A stretch of 63,100 bases of DNA, the filler included, from Reticulomyxa filosa (Eukaryota > Protista > Foraminifera): assembly GCA_000512085.1 (NCBI GenBank). It is 15 parts of 15 records of this genome, joined end to end, with 100 filler letters (N's around TTAATTAATTAA, not from the genome) between each part and the next. Parts side by side here need not be neighbours in the genome. Positions count along the whole stretch, not along the records: positions 50,624 to 57,479 come from ASPP01002606.1; positions 57,580 to 63,100 come from ASPP01006068.1; 13 more parts are not named here. One strand, given 5' to 3'. The first letter of the stretch is position 1. Every line of letters starts with the position of its first letter. Shown piece after piece: positions 53,921 through 63,100 of this stretch. Below the pieces are notes generated by a model. It was not told where the DNA came from and did no database searches. It saw only the letters and a list, made by a program, of their open reading frames with translations. A program made the position numbers and the translations under genes.

Positions 53921-56900
53921 TATTTAATACTTTCTAATTTCAAGATAACAACAAATTAAACTCCTAAACTCTGAACTAAAAAGCTCAAAAAAATACCGTG
54001 AACACTTCATGGGTGTGCCTAGCTTTTTTTCGTTTTGTCCTTTGTTGGTTATATGAACTGGTTGCAAACAGATTAGTGTGACAGTTTATATTTATTACCT
54101 TTAAACAAATTTGTATTAAATATTTCGATAAAAATTCTAAAACTAATGAATCTTTAACATGCAAAGTTGAAGAAAAATACATGTCAAAAGAATGCAACAT
54201 TGTGGAATATAATTGAACTTCATTGTTATTTTATTTAGTTTTATTTTCGATCAGTTTTCCAAATAAAAACGCATAAATTGGAATTTGTAATATTCATTTC
54301 TTTTGATCTTTCATAGTGTCAATGACTTATCAGTAGCAAAAAACACAAAACCACTATTGCGGCAGTTGTTTATCTGGCTTGTTATATTTGGATTGTGCCA
54401 TCCTGTAACATACTCAGGAATTGAATTAAAGACTCCAGCAAATATCAAGTGCTTTTGATGCTCTTTTTTTGTAAAATTGTTTAAATATCTTATTCTAAAT
54501 CTTTTGTCTATTTAGCCTTCAAATCATTGCACAATTTTTTCTGAAAATTTGGATCTGGCGCTCTTCTTTTGGAAAAATAAATTGAAGTGAATGATCTTAC
54601 CGAGATGAATAATTCAATTATTTTCTCTTGCATGAGACTTCTTTTGTTAATAGGAAATAAAAAATCAATCGTCTGAATTACTTTAATTAGTTTTTGTAAA
54701 ACTTAAGATAATGTATATTTAATGTAAATGTCAATTCTTTTTTTCATAAAAAGAATTCAATTAATAAAGAAAACCTTGTCAATATGTAAAAGCCAGAAGC
54801 AAAACAATAATTCATATATAATCAATTTGTGCAACAGAGTCGTATTGAAATAATCACAAAAAAACAAAAATGTTGATTGGAAAAGAAGAATGAAAAAGAA
54901 AAAAAAGACAGTCAGAAAAGATGCGCAACTGCAGAAAAAGTGAAGAATCACGCTACTTTTAATTTTTGTTGAAACGAAATTACTTTTTACGAATTAACAA
55001 TTGCAATCCAAAATCGACAGGATAAATAGATGGCTGTTGCTTAGTTTAAGTGGCACAAAGTTGGAAATTTTAACAAACGTGTTTTCTAGTCAATTTTTAA
55101 AGTAAGATTTATAAATTTGTAAAGCTCACTATAAATCTTTTCTTACATAATAGAATCATTGTTTTTTCTTTGAAAAAGATAAATTCTAATTGATACAGTA
55201 CTAGCTTTGAGATTTCTACAAATTGGTTTGGCAAAGATGTGATAAAATGTAGTGTCTTCTCACTTTTTACTCTTGGAAAATGGTTGCAATGTCCAAAAAG
55301 TTCACGTTAAGCAAAAACCCATAATAATGATGAACGCTGATCGGAGTTATGAAAGGGTAAATGAATGAGATTTTGGATCGATAGCTTTGAAAGATATAAT
55401 GTTCTCTATGATATACTACGAATTGACTCGCGACAGATACAAGTGACGTCAACATAATAAAGTCATATTTACTGGCCCATTTAGCAGAAATAGTTGCAAA
55501 AAAGCTAATAATTCGAAGATTATTACACTAACGAAAGATTGTTAATATCGAAAGTGTGTGAAAATTTGATCTTAAGTAAGCATATGACAGCGACTCAGTT
55601 GGTGAACGAACAATGTATTATTGTGAGTTATTGAAGTGTTTGCCATGTATTGATCGTATTGCATTGTTCTTCACAGTCTTTTGGAAGAGGCAAGAGTAAT
55701 ACTGTGCAATATGTTGTATCAATTTTGTACGTATGCTTTGTATTAACGAACTTATACACTTTTGAATCTGCAATCCAGTTTGAAAATATTGCAATTGTCA
55801 TTATGTGTTCATTGAAAGTAGTTGTTTAATACTTCAAGTACACGAATACTTATGTTTATGAACATATTCACCGCATGAACTAAACTGAAAATTGCAGAAG
55901 TTATATCAAGATATATTTGACAACTTCGCGAAGACAAGTGCATAATGTGATTATCTATTGCAAAAGGTCTTTATAAAAAATATTGTCGAATACGAACATA
56001 TTGTTTATTTGGAAAAAAATTTTAAAAATTTTTTAATCATATTTATTTCGTTTATTATTGGAATAGCGCTTGAGAAAAGATAGATTATGTAAAAAAATAA
56101 GTAACTATTACAAACCAAAAATGGACACTATGACAAAAAAAAATCAAATATGAAAAATTTTCACTTAAATTATAATGTTATTAACATAAAACCTTTATTT
56201 CATTAATGATTTTTATTTTTAATATATTTTTTCACTAAATTTTGTTCATTCGTTTTCATTGCGAAATTTTGTTATTTTTAAAATAAAATTGCGGAAAATA
56301 TTACTGTTGAACATTTTTTGAAACTACTTAAAAAAAGTTGGCAAATTTCATTGTCACTATTGTCAACTTTTTCTCAAAAATTTTGAAAAATCAATAAGAT
56401 ATTTAAATTTTTGAAATAATTAATAAATATTTAATAAAAAATCAAAATCATATTTAAAAACTACAATATTACTATATTTTTCAAAAAAATTATATTTAAA
56501 TGTTGTTTTTCGTGAAGAAAATCAATTATCTATATAATATGTCATTTTATGTCAACTTTCTTTTACATTCTACTATATTAACATTTGTTGAAGCATCATG
56601 CTGAATATTTGATTTATATTATCATCTAATTTTTGTATTTATTGTCTCGATTTCACATCACATATCCGAATTGTCTAATCCCATGATAACGAAACAATAA
56701 ATTGATCATTTGTCTAATATTTAGCAAGTCGTACGTTGTGAAAATACCCATTTAATTGGTTCAAATTCTTGACTGATCGTACATTACATATGTTAATTAA
56801 AAAAAAAAAATTCAATATAAACGATATCAATTGGATAAGAAAGAGAAGATTTCAACAACAGCAAAATCTAGTCGCAACCTTTCGTAATCTACAGGTTTCA

Positions 56901-57291
56901 ACACAGATCCAATCAATCTTGGTAGCAACAATAAGCTCGAAAGCGTTTCCCAAAGATAATTTTTTGAAAGTAAGTATTTCGGAATAAGTTGTCTCTGGAC
57001 ACTGATGCAATAATCAAGGACAACATCATGTTCGGAAAAAATTAATGAACACGCTGAAACAAAGTTTAAAACTTCTGCAAAAGTGTCATACAGCAATGCC
57101 TTCATCACAAAAAGAATACCTCAAAAAAGAGGACTCAACGATAGAGAAGACGAAGAAGATAGTAATAATCCGCAACTTAAAAAAACAAAAAATTGACAAG
57201 GTACCAGAATTAGAAAACTGGAAAACAACAAACGCAACGGAAAGTTTTTTCACGATGACAATAAAGAGGCTGAAGAAATAAATGAGAATGC

Positions 57292-57391
57292 GTATCATTT
57301 GCACTTTTATTAAAATTAAGAAATTTTCAAATTTTTTTGTTTACATTTTAGAAATCTCCAAGTCACGTAGATACTTTTTTTAAAAAAAATT
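57292..57391 (+). repeat. ~100-bp direct repeat, copy 2
   Basis: Matches 50624-50722. Confidence 0.92.
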
Positions 57392-57579
57392 ATGCTTGTA
57401 TCATTCGTAGTCTTTGAGAAAAATCATATTCTTTTATTCCAGTTTATTGCATCAGTAGTAAAATTTGAATCATTCGGCANNNNNNNNNNNNNNNNNNNNN
57501 NNNNNNNNNNNNNNNNNNNNNNNTTAATTAATTAANNNNNNNNNNNNNNNNNNNNNNNNNNNNNNNNNNNNNNNNNNNN

Positions 57580-57619
<40 letters not shown>

Positions 57620-57621
57620 GT

Positions 57622-60600
57622 ACCTGAGCTGGTTTTCCTTTGATATCTTTGATTCAACATGTCATACAAGCTTTCGTGTATGCTCTCAGCATTGAACAAA
57701 ATAACAGGTTTGCCAGCGTCCATGCAATTGATGGTTTTGTTCAGGATATCATAATGCATGACACTGGAAGTTTTGTCTTTGGGGAAGCAGGCTCCAAATA
57801 AAAATACATCATCATACTGCACTATCTCATGATCGAACAGCACTTGCCACGAGTACTGCGTGTCACTAATAATCATGCAATGGCGACTGACGGCGTAATG
57901 GTCTACGAGCAGCGTGGAATTGGTGGTGCGTATATCATTTAGATTGCTTTGGACACACTTCAAAGGAGTCCATTCATTTAAATTGGTACTACTTTTTGTG
58001 GCTCCATTCCCAACACCTGCGTGATAATTTCTTCCAACTTTTTTCTAAACTCAGGGGTGTCAATTCCGCCAAAGTTGCGTGCAAACCCTTCCAACGACTT
58101 GTGATACGACTCACTGTGCAATTGATGTCGAATTAAGGCATAAAAATCTCGTGCTCCGAAAAAGTGTTTCTTGCCATTGGGTTGAAAGGCCTCGGATTGA
58201 TCTTGAATGATTTTGTCATAAACGGTGGTGATATTGGAGATTTCGCCTTGCAAATTGGGACAGATCACTTGTCTAAAGTTGTTGGCTTCTTTGGAAATGA
58301 GACAATGAAGACGACACATTTCTTGAGCGGTTTCTGTCAAGTCTTTGGTGGACAAGTCTCGGATTTGGTGCATTATGACACGGTTCATTTTCGCAGCATC
58401 GAGAATCCAATTGGAAATACCGACAAATGCAATCTTTGGTGTTTCCAATAATTGATGCAAAATCTTCAAGGGTCGATGTGTCGAGTGCTCTGCCAGTCCA
58501 ATTTCATCGAGCAACACCAAGGGATTGACCGTGGGATGATTGAGGAAGATCATGGCTTGTCCCCATCTCTCCATGATTCCACTGGGCTTGCTGTCGCGAG
58601 TGCATTGAAACGCAACAGTTTGAATAGGTTTGATGGGCACGTCCAAGTGAATCTCTTTCAATTTCTCTTTCATTCGCACGATTCCAGACGAGGAAAAGCT
58701 GCTTCGCATAATCTCAAATGACAGTGTTTTGGAAGCCCCTGGCTTGCCAACCAAAACAATCGGCGTGGCGGTGACGATACAAAAGAACAGAACAAACAAG
58801 TTTTCTTTCAACACTTGATTGAGCGCCACTCCTTTGGGCATCTCAAACACGCCAGAGACGGCGTCAATTTCCGCCTCCAAATTCTTTGAAAATGGCACAT
58901 TGTTTAACGTGGACACCACTTGATCCAACTTTTGTCTTTGTGTATAGTCCAATCGAAAGTAATAACATAAGCTTAAGGCAATTGTCATACATCTGCAGAT
59001 ATGCACACTGGAGGAGGACTTGTCCGGACGCTGGACATATGAAAACAACAAAGAAAACAACTTCAAAAAGCGTGCCGCGTCGCGCAATGAAATAATATCT
59101 TTATCTTTTAAACTCTCTCGCAGAAATCTTTGGCTTTGCGCAACATTTCCCGCAATTGCGCACTTCCACTCGAAAGGGATATTTCTACCGTCGTTGGTAG
59201 ACATTTCTCTAAATATCTTTTTCGACATTTCCCAAATGTATTGCTCCTCGTCCCAAAGGGATAACTGTCCAAACGACCACAGATACTCTTTCATCGTTTC
59301 ACACAATGGATACACTTGATAGATGTAACGACTCAATGGATCATTGGCGGAATATTCCTTGGCTTCCGGGGAGATCGCTCGTCTTCGATAAGGATTGCAA
59401 GCTCCAATGATTTTGATTTGCTCTGGCAGTTCAATCCCATCCAAACTGTGACTGCAAACCAACTCCTTAAACCAACCAATGTCCGGAGACGTGTTGATTT
59501 CGTCGAAAAATACCACATTTCTTTGCTGCTTTCCCCCTCTTTTCCTGTCATCGCCTTCCATTTCGTTATGCTGTCTTCCACGGTCTTCCGAATTTGTTCT
59601 CGTCCAAACGACCCATGTACATCCACTGACTCCAAATGCACGTTGGCCGCACGAGCGAGGTATTTCAATAAAAAGGTTTTGCCACAACCCCTGTTTATAT
59701 AAAACATAAACAAAAATAAATAAATAAATAAATGAATGAAATAAGTAAATATTTATTTATTTATTTTTGTTTATGTATTTATTTATTATATGGAGTATCA
59801 TGTTACATAAAACAAAACGTTTCCCCCATCAAAATCGTTGGAACGTTGGATCGGACTTTGAGTGTAATCGCTGCGAACTTGAGGATATTGTCATAAGTCA
59901 GCACAAAGTTTTCAAATTCACCTTTGGACAAATCGTCCATGGTTTTCTGGTGAAGTGCAACTGGAACGCCAAGGATCTGAAATGTCAGCTGCACTCTCTT
60001 CTTCATTTCTTCTTTGTCGTCCCAATACGTCTAATGTTTCCATTCAAAACATATATATATACATATATACAATACATCTTCAAAAAAAAAAAAAAAAAAG
60101 GAACAAGACACACAAACCCGGGCTGATGGAATGTTTTTCCAATTAAACAGCAAGAATTGCAATGTCTTCAAATCCTCTAACAGTGGCCGGTTTACACCAG
60201 CGGTGTCACTGATCAGCAATGAGATTGTGCCTATTTCACGCAAAAACGGGAAAAAAAAAAATTTGCACAGACAACGAATATGAAAAGAAATCGTGTGTGT
60301 ACCTTCATCTTGATTCACCAGATACAAAAATTCTTTGGATTCGTGCCATTTTTCGCATAAATAGAACTCGTCCGATTCGAAGAACTCACTATCGTCGTCG
60401 TTGTCGTTATTGTTATCGTTGGCATTCTTTTGGTCCTCGCGGCTGCGTTTTTTGTAGGATCGACGACATAAATCTTTGCATACTTCGAGCACTGCTTTCG
60501 TGACTTCGTGTTTGAACAACACTGGATAATTTTCAGCCCCCAAAATCGAGTTTTGCAGGAAAGCAGACTCGGCGATGCGAACAAATTGTGGATAAGAAAA

Positions 60601-63100
60601 TTTAAAAAACATATTCCAGTGCAAAGCTGTTGGAAATATTGCGGCTGGGAAATTCTTTGTTATGAATGTGTTCATTTCGTTATCACTTGGAAGCGAATCT
60701 AACGGATTCGGGTCTTCATTTCTATAAATCGAGAGAGAAAGGGGTTAAAAAGGAAAAATATACATACAATTTTGTTCGTTTTTGTTGTTGTTTTTTATTT
60801 ACTTCAATTTATTTGATTGAAACAGTTGAATCCACCGAGCCGAGTATCGAGCATCAAGTCCGAATTCAAATGGGTTATTGTTTTTATTGACATCAACTTC
60901 CGGAAAGTTAATAGGACCAGAAAACAGATATAACAACTTTCGCGAGTCCGATGTAAGTTCCTCTCTCTGGTTCAATACCGATGGAATTTCAATGAGAAAC
61001 GCCATGTTGGGTTTCACATGAAAACACAGCCCCAAATTGCTTTGGCCAATGTCAATATGTTGTAAAAACAGCAACTCAAACAAGAAATCGTTAATTTCAC
61101 TTTGAACACAAGAAGACAAATCCAAATGATACATTATGGCATTACTATTATTATTATTATTATTATTTGTTTTAAAAGAACAAGCAGCAGCCAATTTATT
61201 GAGATTGTCATTCCAATCCCAATTTTTGCACGGATGATATCTCCAAAACGATTGAATAACACACTCCCAATCAATGTCTCCACTATTGAACGCAACACAA
61301 AAGCGTTTCATATTTAACTGTTGGATATCCTTTTTGATTTTATGCGATTTCCCCATTCCGATTTCTCCAGACGTATACAACTGCACTAGGGGCTTGACAA
61401 AATCGGTGGAAAGTTGTTTTTTAAACTCGGACAAATCCTTGCAATACATTGTGGAGAAGATTTGGTTTGCCGTTTTGGGCTCCAATGTAACGGGTCGGTG
61501 AATTGAAAAGCGCATTAATTGTTGACATAACTCGTTTTCCAAAGTGGAGGAAATCACGACGAGCAAATATGGCACCGGGGCGAATCGTTTCGGAGAATCT
61601 ATATCAAATAACAATGTGGAGAATAGGCCCACGACCTTGGATAAGGTGTCGCGAGACAACTTTTCAGGCCATACCAAGCAATACAATGAGGACGCGACCT
61701 CATCATGAGCGGCATTTTGATCATCTTTTCTATCTTCCTCCGCATCTGCAGAGGCCCTTGCAGCATTTACAAGGGCACGAAACAGTAAGCATTCAACCTC
61801 CTCTTCGGTCGTCGTGTCCCTGCAAATCAGTACGTGTTCATAGGTTGGTCTGGGAATATTCCATGAATGGAACAATTCCAAAATTCCAAACAACACCTCT
61901 TTGCTTTTTTGAAATAGCAAGCACGGTTGTCCAGGCTTCAACGAGCCGGCGGAACGAGCAGTGTTGGCTTCGCTATTGCCATTGGGTCGATGTCCGACTT
62001 GCTGGACGTGCTTTTTCCAAATGGCCTCGGTGACTTTGCTAAAGTTCTCAATAGCGTCAGGTGCATCGGGATCGGTGTGTTTCCATTGTCTGAGGAAGTC
62101 AAAAAGATCGTGTTCATTAAATCGACTGTCGATCCGTTGCAAGAACGGAACAATGTATTTGGAGGCCACGGCATCGATGTACTGTTTCGTGTTTGACGGG
62201 ATGGACTTGGATTGTGGATGTGTCCAAGACCGAACCTTGTTGAATTTGGCGACCAATGCTCGAACTTCGTTGATACAAAAGTAGTTTAATGAAACGTACT
62301 GTTTTCGAAGTTGGAAACGATCGTTTTCCCACCTTTTCAATGTGTTTTCCCATTTTATTTTTTTCTCATCAAACCATTTGGGCACATCTTGAACCGGATA
62401 ACATAAGTCGTCGTTTCCATGTTTGCGTCCTCCCTTTTGCCAAAATTCGAGGATCAGTATGTGTATTTCCTTGCATAGTTCAAACTGTGTCCGAAAATTT
62501 TCCAGCAATTGCAGTTCCGTCTTGTCAGAAAACATATTAGCAGCACTCGGTCGATGAGATGGTCCACATCTTCACAGGTCAGTACGTCCTCTTCAATGTG
62601 CAGCTCCAAGTGGGTGGTTTCATATGGTTTACATTTTGTATGGCGAGCACGTTCATGATGATGAGGAGGAGGAGGAGGTACTTCGACATGTTTGCTCTCC
62701 ACTTCCTCCTTTTTTTCATCCTCTGGCATATCTTCATGAGACTCAATGCCAGTGTCGTAGCGGTTGCAAAGGGCTTGTCCCACAGATGCGTTTGAAAGCA
62801 CGTTCTCACCATGGGCAAAGCATTGATCAGGTGTTGATGACGCTTCTCTTTATAATTACTTAAAATTTCGATTATTTTCTCGAAACTTATGTTGGCCTGG
62901 TTTTTATTACATAATTGCATAAATTTTCGACATTGACGCAGCTCCTCTGTCGAAGATCCAAACAAATCTTTGTCAAAGTGCTTGCAACATTCCTCGTATA
63001 TCTTTGTTAGGTCACTTATCAGTGCGTTTGAGTTGTCTTCTCTTTCGTCTATCATCTTTACAAAGTCTGTCCATTCCTTGTTGTTTTGGATTTTCTCCTT
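57622..63100 (-). CDS. RNF213/mysterin-like giant AAA+ ATPase, paralog B (internal fragment with several frameshifts)
   Basis: FVLTYDNILKF, PTILMGET/GCGKT (Walker A split by an intron), FFDEINTS, IIGACNPYR, YQVYPL, ISLRDAAR, VLVGKPGASKTLS, VLLDEIGLAEHSTHRPLKILHQLLE, VGISNWILDAAKMNR, FFGARDFYAL, LYDMLNQRY. Frame changes near 62730, 62536, 59513 and 57995. Confidence 0.88.

Noticed and set aside
53985-56700. Short ORFs in the long AT-rich region upstream of BiP; also 355-567 and 32228-32797
   Set aside because: They are low-complexity, carry no motifs and have no supportable splice structure.
56769-57304. Coding-like stretch considered as a transposon ORF
   Set aside because: It has multiple stops and no reverse transcriptase, transposase or endonuclease motif. 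It is kept only as context for the adjacent direct repeat.

Overview
This is not one continuous locus. It is 15 assembly contigs joined by an artificial 100-bp spacer (N44-TTAATTAATTAA-N44, which has stop codons in all six frames), so gene order across spacers carries no biological meaning. Fourteen contigs come from an AT-rich, intron-rich protist. The WD40 family and intron style suggest a foraminiferan such as Reticulomyxa filosa, which is an inference. They carry a USP32-type deubiquitinase, two RNF213/mysterin-like AAA+ paralogs, a MINDY-3/4-type deubiquitinase with an NZF finger, Pus10, PP4R1, casein kinase 1, a mitochondrial carrier, a Canopy-like protein, BiP, an EF-hand protein, a DUF924 protein, a sucrose-phosphatase-like HAD hydrolase, an acyltransferase and two WD40 family members. 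One contig (27680-28910) is GC-rich, intronless and bacterial, encoding a TonB-dependent receptor. The most striking result appears only after manual splicing: a kinesin-14 (C-terminal motor) whose N-terminus is an AMPK-beta-type glycogen-binding CBM48 domain, a candidate minus-end motor for alpha-glucan granules. All calls rest on motif recognition by eye; no searches were run.
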